A stretch of DNA of 64,000 nucleotides from an uncultured archaeon (GCA_964458565.1 CAYWJO010000002.1:64001-128000), one strand, 5' to 3'; numbered from the stretch's first letter, positions 1 to 10,254 are shown. Translations and numbers: made by a program. Notes: generated by a model not told the origin, from the sequence alone.

Positions 1-1011
1 TGTTGATTTATAGATTGGTCCTAAATATGGTTCAAATGCAACTGCGTCAACTTCTCTCCCAATAAGTTCTGCTGACTGTCGAGCATCTCCCCTAATCAAA
101 GAGAATTCTAGATGCGAATCAATATCTTTTGCTAACCAAAGAAGATTCTTTTCAGCTCCCTTGATTGCATTTCCATCAATATCAATTCCGATGACGCTCA
201 TGTCCAGCATCGATGCCTCCATAAGGAGAGTGCCAGAACCACAGAAGGGATCCAGAATTGTATCTCCTCTTTTAGCTCCTGCGAGATTCAAAAGTGTTCG
301 ACATATCTTGGGGCTTGTACTTGTTTCTGATGAGATGAATGGTCGCGATTCGTCTCTATATTGTTGAAGCTCAGAATCGTATACGACTATCGTTTTTGCT
401 ATCTTCAATTCTGCTTCAGTAAGTGCTGCAATGATTTCTGAGTTGGGTGACCGTAATAGTCCATGTCGAGCGATTGTCTTAGGCCAAAGCGCAGTATTTT
501 GTCTTGCAGGTCTTCTTCGATCCGGTTCTGAATATGCAACAAAAGACGCTTTTTGTGCTCCATTGGTCATTAGTTTCTTCTTTATCCATTCATCAAATCC
601 TAATGTCATTCGCTTGAGGTCAATATTGGATTTTTCATCGATGACAGGATAGGTACTAACTCCAAATTTTATCTTCCTTCCCCTAACAGTTCTCCACACT
701 CTATCAACCCACTCACACTCCTTCAAAGTGCTTCTATTCTCATTTCTGACTCGTCCCTTAGCTGGGAATGCTCCTTCAACGAGTGTTCGTGGATATGACA
801 TGACAACCTTGCCTATTTTGAAGCATCCTCCCAATGATTCCTGGATATCAATAATATCTTCTACTTTCAACCTGTCCTCAATAGAAACAATCGCAACATT
901 TCTTGTGTAATCTCTGAGTTCAAATTGAAGATTTAAATTTTGAAGGAGAACGAGAAGTTCTGCAATACTCAAAGTCCAATTTTTTCCTAATACGAATACA
1001 TAGTCTGTCAT
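1..1011 (-). CDS. Trm11/TrmG10-like (UPF0020) SAM-dependent RNA methyltransferase, runs off the window edge
   Basis: Not in the ORF track. My translation gives MTDYVFVLGKNWTLSIAELL... and RPFISSETSTSPKICRTLLNLAGAKRGDTILDPFCGSGTLLMEA...GIDID. The ATG at 1011-1009 overlaps the upstream TGA (ATGA coupling). Confidence 0.8.
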   Translation of the reverse strand, partial: MTDYVFVLGKNWTLSIAELLVLLQNLNLQFELRDYTRNVAIVSIEDRLKVEDIIDIQESLGGCFKIGKVVMSYPRTLVEGAFPAKGRVRNENRSTLKECEWVDRVWRTVRGRKIKFGVSTYPVIDEKSNIDLKRMTLGFDEWIKKKLMTNGAQKASFVAYSEPDRRRPARQNTALWPKTIARHGLLRSPNSEIIAALTEAELKIAKTIVVYDSELQQYRDESRPFISSETSTSPKICRTLLNLAGAKRGDTILDPFCGSGTLLMEASMLDMSVIGIDIDGNAIKGAEKNLLWLAKDIDSHLEFSLIRGDARQSAELIGREVDAVAFEPYLGPIYKST

Positions 1012-1853
1012 GCTCTAGCCTTCTCTATCTCTTCATAGAGATATTTCATAAACAATGCCCCTTCCAATGGATTTGGGGATTCAGATATGAATGTAGGGTT
1101 GTATCCCATCTCACTGATAATTTCCATAAGCGGATGGAGGTTGGGACCCCATTCCATTCCAAGCGGTCTATGATTTTTCTCCCCCTTGTTTGTATACTCA
1201 ATTCCTGATGCATGAAAGTGCATGTTATCTGTGAATTCCTTCCCAAGACTATCTTCGAATCTATTTAGAACCTTGAGGTATGATTCTCTATCATCTCCAT
1301 TCCCGCCTTCCCTTGCGTAGAGATGAGCCCAATCGATTGTGGGTATAACTCTATCCAATCCACTACACAGGTTGATGAGTTCATCGATTGATCCAAATGC
1401 TCCTAATTTGCCAGCTATTTCCGGAGCTAAAACCACATCTCTAGTGTCAAAGTCAACTGCATCCCACACATCAACTAGTGCTGCCTTTACTAACTCATAT
1501 GCTTTTTCTGAGGACAAACCACTATATCCTCCTGCGTGAAATACGATTCTCTTTACTCCCATTTTAGGAGCAAATTGGATTGCTTTCAGGAGTCGTCCTT
1601 TGGATCGTTCTCTGATCTCAACATCTCTTGACATTAGACTGATGTAGTAGGCTGCGTGCATACTAAGGAGAATATCATTTTCAGCAGCGAGCTTCTTCAA
1701 TAGCTCAGACTTTTCTTCACTAATCCTAAGTCCATATACTGCAGCATACTCAAACGCATTGATACCCACTTCTTTGAAAATACTGAATACTCTCTTCAAA
1801 TTGCCCTTTGCTTCATCAGGATATCCTGCAGGACCGAATCTTATGATTGACAG
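1008..1853 (-). CDS. nfo: Archaeal endonuclease IV (AP endonuclease 2, TIM barrel)
   Basis: IRFGPAG N-terminus and metal motifs SMHAAYYISL, VFHAG, PEIAGK, IDWAH, HFHASG, ISESP. The ORF track runs to 1886; the likely start is near 1853 (CTG after GGAGG). Confidence 0.85.
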   Translation of the reverse strand: MSIIRFGPAGYPDEAKGNLKRVFSIFKEVGINAFEYAAVYGLRISEEKSELLKKLAAENDILLSMHAAYYISLMSRDVEIRERSKGRLLKAIQFAPKMGVKRIVFHAGGYSGLSSEKAYELVKAALVDVWDAVDFDTRDVVLAPEIAGKLGAFGSIDELINLCSGLDRVIPTIDWAHLYAREGGNGDDRESYLKVLNRFEDSLGKEFTDNMHFHASGIEYTNKGEKNHRPLGMEWGPNLHPLMEIISEMGYNPTFISESPNPLEGALFMKYLYEEIEKARA

Positions 1854-1855
1854 AA

Positions 1856-2371
1856 TTAATCCTCCAGTGTGAATATCCATGAGCAATATGCATCATTTGG
1901 GTGACTATCTGGTGGACAAAAAACACAATCTGTTTTTATTCTAGAATCGATTGCTTTAGCGAATTCTTCATACTCTATACATCCTACAGGTTTGCAAGGA
2001 AAATCAGGCAGTCCTTTTCTATTTCTAGCTACTTGCACTCGGCACTCATGCATTGTAAAAATCAGGTCCTTCTCATTGGGTCTTTTTGTAGATTGTTTAT
2101 TCAATGTAGCGTATACTCTGAGGTTCAGCGCTCTTTCAAGTGAATCAAGTCCACCCTTTTCAGGAATACCAAATTCTTTCATAATTCTTTTTGCCTCTAT
2201 TGGAGAAAAGAGCCTCCATGCTTCTTTATCCATTTCAATGGCAGCCTCCATACCATACTTCTTCTCTATTGCGAGAAAATATGCGCCATCCATTGCCTGC
2301 CATGCCTTCGCATATGCATCTATTATTTTTAGGAGCATTTCCTTTGATAAGTCCTCAAACATTTCTGTCAC
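1856..2371 (-). CDS. DUF6125-like protein (V4R/ATC-hydrolase-like fold)
   Basis: W.AMDG.YFLAIEKKYG.E.A...D.EAW, CRVQ.AR.RKGL.DFPCK and C..CPPD.HP...YC.W.F pattern. Confidence 0.65.
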   Translation of the reverse strand: MTEMFEDLSKEMLLKIIDAYAKAWQAMDGAYFLAIEKKYGMEAAIEMDKEAWRLFSPIEAKRIMKEFGIPEKGGLDSLERALNLRVYATLNKQSTKRPNEKDLIFTMHECRVQVARNRKGLPDFPCKPVGCIEYEEFAKAIDSRIKTDCVFCPPDSHPNDAYCSWIFTLED

Positions 2372-2467
2372 ACAAACTCATTTTGACCAAGCTCAATATG
2401 AGTGATTGGGTATTCGGAAGCTTTTTGACAAGAACTAATAGCTGAATATCTTGGGATTGGTTTTACC

Positions 2468-3415
2468 ATGAGCGATGCGGAGATTCAATCTACTACTTCC
2501 AGAAAAACAGATCCTAAAGCTTTCATTTCTATATTGCGCCCTCAGAATTGTGTCATTGGTGGATTAACAGTTATTTCAGGTATCGCTCTAGCCTATGGTG
2601 AGCTATACAGACAGTTACTAGAACTAGCGCCTCTATCTACCTACCTGTCTCTTTTCATCATCGGTTATGCTATCTATTTCCTTATAGCAGCGGGATCAAA
2701 TATTGTAAATGACATCTATGATATAGAGATTGACAAAATCAATCGTCCTCATAGAGCACTTCCTAGTGGGAGAATGACTATTCGTCAAGCATGGATATAC
2801 ACAGGTGTTCTAAGTCTAATCGCAGTTCTCCTATCATTCTTAATCGGGTTGATTTCTGTGGTCATTGTTATCGCCTTTGCAATAATCGGGTATAGTTACG
2901 CTGCGAAGGTAAAAACTCTTGGACTTGCGGGAAATTTCATGGTTGCGTTCTCATTTGCTTTTGGAGAGATATTTGGCTCATTCATTTACAGTGAAACATT
3001 CGGAGTACTAGTCATCCCTGTACCTACATGGTTATTCTTCGTAACTGCCTTCATGATTCTTCAAGCACGTGAAACCATAAAGGGTGCAGAGGATGTCGAA
3101 GGTGATGCTTTACGAGATGTAAGAACTATTGCTCGAATTTATGGTTATAGGGCTGCAGCTGGAGTTGCTGCTGTTTTGAATTTCATTGGGGTCATCTGTT
3201 ATGTACTGGTTTGGATTCTTAGCTATGCTGACTGGATACTGTGGCCTTTACTTCTCCTGGGGGCTATAGTTGTATCTGGAGCTGGATTGGCTCCTCTTTT
3301 AGGTCCAGATAAACCGAAAAATCTACTCCTTGGAAGTACTCTAGACAAGATTGGGGCTTTAGTAGGATTAATCGCATTTGTGGTTGTGCCATTGTATGGC
3401 GTAGTTTGGTTCTGA
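2468..3415 (+). CDS. UbiA-family prenyltransferase, probable digeranylgeranylglyceryl phosphate synthase
   Basis: ILRPQN, NDIYDIEIDKINRPHRALPSG, RETIKGAEDVEGD; multiple TM helices. Confidence 0.85.
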   Translation: MSDAEIQSTTSRKTDPKAFISILRPQNCVIGGLTVISGIALAYGELYRQLLELAPLSTYLSLFIIGYAIYFLIAAGSNIVNDIYDIEIDKINRPHRALPSGRMTIRQAWIYTGVLSLIAVLLSFLIGLISVVIVIAFAIIGYSYAAKVKTLGLAGNFMVAFSFAFGEIFGSFIYSETFGVLVIPVPTWLFFVTAFMILQARETIKGAEDVEGDALRDVRTIARIYGYRAAAGVAAVLNFIGVICYVLVWILSYADWILWPLLLLGAIVVSGAGLAPLLGPDKPKNLLLGSTLDKIGALVGLIAFVVVPLYGVVWF

Positions 3416-3418
3416 CCG

Positions 3419-4231
3419 TCAATGAGCCTGCCAGAATGTCCATGTCAGGACAATCATTACTGCTAAAGATACCATAAACGCCCATAATGTGGATGTGTCA
3501 TGTGCTTCCCGTATTCCAAAAATCAGTAAAAATCCTACCCATAAGAACGAAGCAACTGTCATGTAATCAAGCGTAGTCCAAATCTCAGCTGCCCAAATAG
3601 TGTCGATTACTACTAACCAATCCCCTTGATTATTCACATCCATTGTAGGAAACGTAAAAAGAACCATCAGAATTGCAATAAGTCGGAACAAAATCAAGGG
3701 TATCATACTATATCCGACTATGGACATTGTCTGGTTCTTGTTACCTGTGCCACCTGTAATTTTGAATGCAATGTGCGCAAACGCACTTCCAACAATCAGG
3801 AAAATCATACCTATTAGTAGATTGGGTAGCATACTGATGAATCCAACCATGAAAAACGAAGCACTTGCATCTGTTGTGAGTATACTAACATCTGCAGTAG
3901 TACCTAGCGTGCGATTAACTATAACTGTAACAGTATATTTAGACGAGATTGATAGGAAAAATCCCATCATGATAAGCGCATTGATGATGATAATTATGAA
4001 TGGCCCTGCTTGATCAGGTCTCTGACCTATATCTCGATAAGTTGATGCAGGTCTTCGGATAACCCCCCACATTCTTTCACCTACTCCCATATGCCGGACA
4101 TCCGGGGCGTCAGGTCTCTTTAGCATTGGAAGTATTCGTTCAAGAGTTTCCTCTGCAATTTCTTCTCTGCAGATGGGACAGATTGTTGCATCTGCTGGTA
4201 CCGGTGAATCACAAAACTCACATCGACGCAC
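3419..4231 (-). CDS. Yip1-domain membrane protein with N-terminal zinc ribbon
   Basis: CEFC...CPIC N-terminus; VIRRPASTY, KITGGTG...MSIVGYSMIP, W...LLIFGIREAH; about 5 TM segments. Confidence 0.7.
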   Translation of the reverse strand: MRRCEFCDSPVPADATICPICREEIAEETLERILPMLKRPDAPDVRHMGVGERMWGVIRRPASTYRDIGQRPDQAGPFIIIIINALIMMGFFLSISSKYTVTVIVNRTLGTTADVSILTTDASASFFMVGFISMLPNLLIGMIFLIVGSAFAHIAFKITGGTGNKNQTMSIVGYSMIPLILFRLIAILMVLFTFPTMDVNNQGDWLVVIDTIWAAEIWTTLDYMTVASFLWVGFLLIFGIREAHDTSTLWAFMVSLAVMIVLTWTFWQAH

Positions 4232-4346
4232 GGTTATTACTATCCTCAGAGCTGCTTGTCAGAAATTAAACCCCCAAGCATATAGCGATTTCTCTGATTT
4301 CTAATATGGGGTCTCCCCCCTTTAAGTCCAACCGCAAGATACCTAG

Positions 4347-4997
4347 TTACCACATACCAAATTGTTCGAAAACACGTGTTGAATGAACCACAGTATAGGA
4401 TAACTCAGCTTCCAGAGCACTTTGTAATGCATTGAGTACAACTGTAACAAGGAAAATATCCATGAATGTTGCACTTGGAAAGAATAACGGTACAAGCATT
4501 AGATTGACTGGGACCATAATGCAGATTCTGATTATGTAACCAATCACTATCAATACAAAGTATGATGTCGGGTTTTCAAGATATACGCCGCCCAATCCCT
4601 GACTTCGTATTTTAGTACCGACCCATAGCATCACTATCATTGGAAGTGTTGCAAGGATTTTGAACATGGGTCCAATTCCAGTTGGGTCAAACGGAAGCAG
4701 TGCAATTGTGCCTATAACTGTGCTGAGAAGTCCTACCTCAAGTCCACCAAGCAGGAATGCAATAATCCAAAAAACAGAAACCGGATCGAAGATAGCGATT
4801 CCCCATGAATGTCTAGGCAAGAAAGATACGATGGGTGAAACTGCTACTGACAAAGCTGCCATTAATGCAGCAGTAGTGATTTTCTTTGCTAATACACCTG
4901 ATTTGGACTCACCCAATAGTTCTAAGTCCGAATCCATTGAATGAGTATATTTACCTTCAATTACGCTCGCTGAATTTGAGGTACGTGACTTCCGCAT
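4347..4997 (-). CDS. ECF transporter S component (true start probably near 4937)
   Basis: AALMAALSVA, FDPVSVFWIIAFLLGG..GLL; hydrophobic, about 6 TM. Confidence 0.65.
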   Translation of the reverse strand: MRKSRTSNSASVIEGKYTHSMDSDLELLGESKSGVLAKKITTAALMAALSVAVSPIVSFLPRHSWGIAIFDPVSVFWIIAFLLGGLEVGLLSTVIGTIALLPFDPTGIGPMFKILATLPMIVMLWVGTKIRSQGLGGVYLENPTSYFVLIVIGYIIRICIMVPVNLMLVPLFFPSATFMDIFLVTVVLNALQSALEAELSYTVVHSTRVFEQFGMW

Positions 4998-5046
4998 GAT
5001 TCAAGAGCCAACCAAGCTCCCTTATGAATATTATGATAATGAGTAA

Positions 5047-5511
5047 TTACTCATCCGTGAGTAATCGCTGAACTGTTTCTGAAATCTGTGTAAGCCTGCT
5101 AGTCGTTCTATCTTCAAACATCCTCGGTCTATTTAGCATCTGGATTAACTTTCTAAGAGGGTCTATCAAATCAGGATTCAGGCGCCACTCTGCCCAATCC
5201 AATCCGGAAGCTAGTGAGGTTCGACTTAAAATGAGTCTGGTCGAAACCAGTTCATTGAGCCCGTTAAGAATGGTGCCTATAGTAACTGCTCCAACTATTT
5301 CTCTAACCTGACGTACACTTTTGAGAAGGTCTGCTGTAGTAACCCAACCTCCGTCCTCTATTAGGATTCGAAGTACTTTGGCTCGCACCGGATCTGATTC
5401 GATAATACCTTTTAGAGGTGCAAGATTCACTTGATTGAGTCTTCGTTTGTTAAGATGTTCATCTTGCCATGGTATTGTATCTGAACTACCTCGCAGTGCA
5501 CTGAAATCCAT
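5047..5511 (-). CDS. Hypothetical winged-helix protein
   Basis: SDPVRAKVLRILIEDGGWVTTADL...EWRLNP resembles ArsR/PadR-like wHTH. Confidence 0.45.
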   Translation of the reverse strand: MDFSALRGSSDTIPWQDEHLNKRRLNQVNLAPLKGIIESDPVRAKVLRILIEDGGWVTTADLLKSVRQVREIVGAVTIGTILNGLNELVSTRLILSRTSLASGLDWAEWRLNPDLIDPLRKLIQMLNRPRMFEDRTTSRLTQISETVQRLLTDE

Positions 5512-5573
5512 TTTCTACTGACACCATGAAATTGTGTGGATTGTTTTCTTTTGAAAGGGAGTATTATCTCGTC

Positions 5574-5591
5574 TGTGCAACATTATGCACA
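5574..5591. promoter_or_regulatory. Palindromic operator candidate TGTGCA-N6-TGCACA
   Basis: Perfect inverted repeat in the divergent promoter region, 33 bp upstream of an HTH regulator. Confidence 0.55.
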
Positions 5592-5624
5592 ACCATTATA
5601 TTCTAGTAGTTCGCATGATAATCT

Positions 5625-6002
5625 ATGAACGCACGAAATGCTTTGGAAAATCTTTTCAACAAGACATTTGAACGTCCATCAGATCTTCTTTGTTGTGCGT
5701 TCGGTCTGAAGAATCATGAAATCGATGCCTATTTCTCACTATTGCCTGGTCCAAGATCTGTTGAGGAGATAACTTCCATTGTAGGAGCTGATAGAAGCAC
5801 AGTTCAACGTGCTTTGAAGAAACTTTTAGATCTCAATCTTGTTATTAGGAAACGAAAGGAAATAGACAGAGGGGGATATTATTTCGAATACAGCGCGATC
5901 TCCGATGTAGCAATTCGGGATCAGATTCTTGAACAGCTTGATCTCTGGTATAAACGAACAAGAAGCTTTTTGTTGGAGAATTGGACGGCCGAAGTTGAAT
6001 AA
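5625..6002 (+). CDS. TrmB-like HTH transcriptional regulator
   Basis: LLCCAFGL..EIDAYFSLL..P.SVEEI....DRSTVQRALKKLLDLNLVIR...GGYYFEY. Confidence 0.8.
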   Translation: MNARNALENLFNKTFERPSDLLCCAFGLKNHEIDAYFSLLPGPRSVEEITSIVGADRSTVQRALKKLLDLNLVIRKRKEIDRGGYYFEYSAISDVAIRDQILEQLDLWYKRTRSFLLENWTAEVE

Positions 6003-6016
6003 TCGGGGTCAATTAC

Positions 6017-6583
6017 GTGAGTCGTATACCATTAAAACTCAACAGTGTGACAATAACAACCCTTGCCATGATTGCCGCACTTGGTATTATAATCAGAATG
6101 ACCGTTAGAATCCCTCTTGTGCCGGAAGTAGTGGAAATAACTCCTGCATTCATGTTTTCTGAGCTCGGTGGTATTATCGGAGGTATTCCTGGGGGCCTTC
6201 TTGTTGGATTTATTGTCGGGTTTGGTGGAGCTATGGCAGGTGGCGAAGCATGGTTGCTTCCCCTGATTGGTAATGTTGCACTAGGAGTAGGAACCGGATT
6301 TGTTATCCATATAATATCAAATCGCGATTCCATTAAATACGCATTACTCACAATAATCGGTGGTGGGATAATTGGAGGTTTCCTAGCAACTCTTGGCATC
6401 ATGGTCTTTCTACTTGGTATCGAGTTCAACCTATCAGTTATACCCGCTCTAATCGATATGTATCAAGCACTTGCTTGGGCTGCCGTAGCACTTCTCGTAG
6501 ACTCCTTCATCATTAGACCTATTATGGGGCAGTATCTTTATCCGAGTGAAGATGAACTTCTACTATATACAGAGGGAGAATAA
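6017..6583 (+). CDS. ECF S-component-like membrane protein
   Basis: LAMIAALGIIIR, RIPL, Gly-rich TM helices. Confidence 0.55.
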   Translation: MSRIPLKLNSVTITTLAMIAALGIIIRMTVRIPLVPEVVEITPAFMFSELGGIIGGIPGGLLVGFIVGFGGAMAGGEAWLLPLIGNVALGVGTGFVIHIISNRDSIKYALLTIIGGGIIGGFLATLGIMVFLLGIEFNLSVIPALIDMYQALAWAAVALLVDSFIIRPIMGQYLYPSEDELLLYTEGE

Positions 6584-6589
6584 AACAGA

Positions 6590-7246
6590 ATGAATGAAGG
6601 TCGAAAGACCGTAACCATTGACATCCGAAGAGACCTCTTTGGTGCCAATGAAGAGGTGGCTACTCTCAATGCTGAGATGTTTGCTAAGCATGGCGTCAAG
6701 GCTTTTGACATCATGGGGTCCGTAGGTACTGGAAAGACTCAGTTGATTGAGGTAATCTGTGAAAAAATCTCTCAGAAATATCGTGTACTGATGCTAGCAG
6801 GGGATTTGGTAACTACCATTGATGCTGATCGCGTTGCATCTCATGATGTTGATACAATTCAGATCAATACTAGTACTGCCTGTCATCTTGATGCGAGGAT
6901 GATCAGAGTTGCTTTGAGAGACGTGAATCTTTTCGATTATCAAGTTGTCTTCATTGAAAATGTTGGTAATCTAATATGTCCTGCTGGATACAATCTTGGT
7001 GTGGAGAAGAAAATTGTAGTTGTTAGTATCACTGAGGGGCCATATATGGTGAAGAAACATCCTCTCACAATCAAACATTCTGATTTAGTCGTGATTAACA
7101 AAATTGACCTCGCTGATGTGATTGGATTTGACATTGAAGCGCTTGTCAATGATGTAAAAGAAGTTGATGCTGAACTCCCTGTATTCAAAGTGAGTGCTAA
7201 GACAGGAGAGGGTGTTGATGATCTTATCGTAGGTCTTTCTCTCTAG
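6590..7246 (+). CDS. hypB: Hydrogenase nickel incorporation GTPase HypB
   Basis: GSVGTGKT, CHLDA, IENVGNLICPA, SITEG, NKIDL. Confidence 0.92.
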   Translation: MNEGRKTVTIDIRRDLFGANEEVATLNAEMFAKHGVKAFDIMGSVGTGKTQLIEVICEKISQKYRVLMLAGDLVTTIDADRVASHDVDTIQINTSTACHLDARMIRVALRDVNLFDYQVVFIENVGNLICPAGYNLGVEKKIVVVSITEGPYMVKKHPLTIKHSDLVVINKIDLADVIGFDIEALVNDVKEVDAELPVFKVSAKTGEGVDDLIVGLSL

Positions 7247-7914
7247 TTTGTCAGTTTCTCCTTCAAAATGCTGACAACTCCCTCTATGTGACCTGCACCT
7301 AATATTGCAACAATCTTACCTTCAACATCTCCCAATATGAAATATAGGGCTTCTGCGACATACACATCTCTTTGATGTATTAGAACATCGAATAGGCTTG
7401 GAAACTCTCTTTCGAATTCATCAATTATTTCGTCAATTGATCCTTCTTCCTTCAAGAAGCCCAATATATCAAATGACTCATCTTCAATATCACTACTTGT
7501 ACTTGTAATCATTGATGTCAACTTGTATATTTCGTCGAGTGGAACCTTTGTCATCGCCTGAATAGTTGCCGAGATTGGTCTATCTATGAGAGCAATCTTC
7601 GCACCAATCTCTCGACCTTCTTCTATGGCTGCTAACATTTCAGAACCGATGGCTGAGCCATGAATATTTCCTAGAGACCTCTCTAGAAGAGCAAGCTGTT
7701 GCATTAACCCCTGAACCGAATCCAACGGTTGCTTGGGTTCAACGTCATGTTCTGGTGACATTAGTTCCTCATATCTTTGATGATCTAATTCCACTGCAAC
7801 AACATCTGGTCTGATTTGTCTTACTGTTTTTCTCGCGTTTTCCACACTCTCGTTATCTGTATGAATCACAGGTACGAATATAATACGATTAAGGTCTTCT
7901 TCCAACAATATCAA
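7243..7914 (-). CDS. TraB/PrgY/GumN family protein
   Basis: PDVVAVELD..RY, GSEMLAAI, LIDRPI..T, QRDVY, VAILGAGHIEG. Confidence 0.85.
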   Translation of the reverse strand: MILLEEDLNRIIFVPVIHTDNESVENARKTVRQIRPDVVAVELDHQRYEELMSPEHDVEPKQPLDSVQGLMQQLALLERSLGNIHGSAIGSEMLAAIEEGREIGAKIALIDRPISATIQAMTKVPLDEIYKLTSMITSTSSDIEDESFDILGFLKEEGSIDEIIDEFEREFPSLFDVLIHQRDVYVAEALYFILGDVEGKIVAILGAGHIEGVVSILKEKLTN

Positions 7915-7987
7915 ACCTGAAACAAGTATCTATTTCACTCTTTTTTCTCTTTTGTAAACGCTGCTATCTTTCCGCACTACTTCAGAT

Positions 7988-8443
7988 ATGTGTAAACTCA
8001 AGTTTCTGGCAGATGAGAAGCTTTTTCACTCTCCTAACGTGTACTACTATCAAGTATTCTCAGGATGTGGCAGTATATTGTCAGATGATGACCTTGAAAC
8101 CACCTTATCCAAGCTTAAGAATCCCCGAATGATTGCTGGTCGTGTTGTTCTTTATAGTCTCCTTGATGCCTTGCAGGGTCCCCCTACATCTCCGAGTGCT
8201 GTTAGGGATAAGGTTGATTCTCGTTTCAAAGAACGTGATGTATCGAAACAATCTATAACAAACGCTGCTCGTCGTCTTGAAGAAGCTGGTATTATTGAAC
8301 GCACAGATGGATACTCGGTAAACTATGGATATCTCATCTCTCTGCTACTGCATACTGTTATGGAATTGACTGATTGTATCAGAGATATGGAAGATGATAT
8401 TGCGGAATTGAAGGACGCTCTTAAATCCGGAACTTTGCATTGA
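7988..8443 (+). CDS. Hypothetical winged-helix protein with C-terminal coiled coil (true start probably TTG at 8078)
   Basis: VSKQSITNAARRLEEAGIIER HTH-wing pattern; heptad-like C-terminus. Confidence 0.5.
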   Translation: MCKLKFLADEKLFHSPNVYYYQVFSGCGSILSDDDLETTLSKLKNPRMIAGRVVLYSLLDALQGPPTSPSAVRDKVDSRFKERDVSKQSITNAARRLEEAGIIERTDGYSVNYGYLISLLLHTVMELTDCIRDMEDDIAELKDALKSGTLH

Positions 8444-8555
8444 TTTCAAACAGAGATCCTACCCAAGATAGACCAATGAGTTGTTTAGTTTTCAGATGGT
8501 GTACGTGGAAACACAGCAAAGGTAATTACGAAAAAGTGTAATAATATACTCTGGA

Positions 8556-9650
8556 GTGATGGAGATGTCTTCAAGCAACACAGGGAAGTTTGTTGTAGTA
8601 TTTATCATAATCATTAGTTTAGCATCTGCGACATTTCTGATTATTGGACTGCAATCAATCCTTCCGTCTGGACCTTCAAATTCAACAACAACTGGTACTT
8701 CTACAACCCCTACGACACAATCGACATCATCACCAGAACCAACGCTACCAACAGAACCGACAACAACCCCTACCTTTACAGAACCTGTGATTAATGGGAC
8801 GGAATTCGAAGCAATACAGATTACTGGTGATGCAGATTTTGCTTCAAAAGCAGATCAATATGGTTGGGTTGGTACAGGAAGTTCTTCAAGTCCATTCATA
8901 ATTGAAGGGTTGGAGATTTCGATTAGTACATCTTCACCTTACATATGCATTAGCATCACAGATGTGACATCACATTTCATAATCCGGGAGTGTTTTCTTC
9001 AATCAACAACTAATTGGATTGGTACAGGTGTCGAGCTCTGGAATACAACTAATGGAATAGTTGATTCCTGCTATATTAGCAATTCATCGATGGGCGTCAA
9101 TATGGTCTTCTGTAAGAATATTCAGGTTATAGACTGTGCTATATGGAATAGTGAATATGCATTGAATGTCAGTTTTTCAGAATCCGTAAAAATCATGGGG
9201 AATCAAGTTGTTTTTGCAGAAGCTTGGAACATATTGGTGGATAATACCGATTATGTTGATATTCTGTACAATGATTTTCAATATGGCGGATTTGGAATCA
9301 TGTACTGGTATTCCAACCATGGAGGCATCATTGGTAATAATGTGACCAACAATGATGATGGTATACAAATCGGTGGACCTTGTACGAATGTGACCATATT
9401 GATGAACCGGATTACAGAGAATAATGGTCTCGGGATAAAACTATACGAAAGTACAAGTGGCTGTCATGTCGTAAATAATGAGATTGGTTGGAATACAGGC
9501 AACAATGGAGAAGACGATGGTACGGCAAATATGTGGGATGACGGAATAAGTATGGGTAATGCATGGAGTGATTATGGCGGTGCCGGTGATTATAATATTC
9601 CTGGTTCTGCAGGAAGTGCGGATCACTACCCCACGCTTTTAGAATCTTGA
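8556..9650 (+). CDS. Secreted or membrane-anchored right-handed beta-helix (NosD/CASH-like) protein
   Basis: N-terminal TM, Thr/Pro/Ser-rich linker, G.GSSSSPFIIEG, repeated N.I..N..GI motifs, GNAWSDY and D.YP terminus. Confidence 0.75.
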   Translation: MMEMSSSNTGKFVVVFIIIISLASATFLIIGLQSILPSGPSNSTTTGTSTTPTTQSTSSPEPTLPTEPTTTPTFTEPVINGTEFEAIQITGDADFASKADQYGWVGTGSSSSPFIIEGLEISISTSSPYICISITDVTSHFIIRECFLQSTTNWIGTGVELWNTTNGIVDSCYISNSSMGVNMVFCKNIQVIDCAIWNSEYALNVSFSESVKIMGNQVVFAEAWNILVDNTDYVDILYNDFQYGGFGIMYWYSNHGGIIGNNVTNNDDGIQIGGPCTNVTILMNRITENNGLGIKLYESTSGCHVVNNEIGWNTGNNGEDDGTANMWDDGISMGNAWSDYGGAGDYNIPGSAGSADHYPTLLES

Positions 9651-9651
9651 A

Positions 9652-10200
9652 TCACTTTGCTAATCTCTTACCAATCCATACAAACAGCAGCAAAAGCACA
9701 ATACCAAACCCAAATCCTAGAAGTACCCATTTTGTAATTGTCACAAGACTAGCAATAGCAACAATTGCTGGTGACAAATTTGGGTACACTGCAATCTGCG
9801 AAGCAATGATCGCATTTTCTAAATAGTCAGCCATTGCTGCAAAGAGTGGAACAATTGAAATGACTCTTAATCGTTTATCATCGGGATAGAGTGAGTTTAA
9901 TTCCATAGTGATACCAATAACCAACGCAAATGAATATCCGAGTGGAAACAATAGGTCTAGTAAATGAACTTGGGACCAAACTTGAAGACCCTCCATGCCC
10001 AGTGTGTCGAAAGCATCCTTTAGATCATCATATCCATATCCAAAATTGGTGTCTGGCATATTTGCTTCTCCGTAGACATCATAAACGAGTGTCTGAGTCA
10101 AGTATCCCATCACTGCAACTACCAGAACACTCGTGATGATTGTTAGAATCAAATTGCGTGTGTTGGAAATTTTATCTAAACGATTCGCTAATCGCTCCAA
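9652..10200 (-). CDS. Hypothetical membrane protein
   Basis: PD...GY, LDLLFPL.Y, ADYLEN, TKW motifs; 4 TM. Confidence 0.6.
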   Translation of the reverse strand: MERLANRLDKISNTRNLILTIITSVLVVAVMGYLTQTLVYDVYGEANMPDTNFGYGYDDLKDAFDTLGMEGLQVWSQVHLLDLLFPLGYSFALVIGITMELNSLYPDDKRLRVISIVPLFAAMADYLENAIIASQIAVYPNLSPAIVAIASLVTITKWVLLGFGFGIVLLLLFVWIGKRLAK

Positions 10201-10254
10201 AGTTCATTATCACCTCTGAGAGAATGTACAATCGACAAGAAAATTCCTTCGATA

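Noticed and set aside
161-910. Three short plus-strand ORFs
   Set aside because: Antisense to the Trm11-like methyltransferase. Most other short overlapping ORFs in the track are similar shadows.
8680-8790. ACA/ACC-rich quasi-repeats
   Set aside because: They encode a Thr/Pro/Ser linker, not a CRISPR array or tandem DNA repeat.
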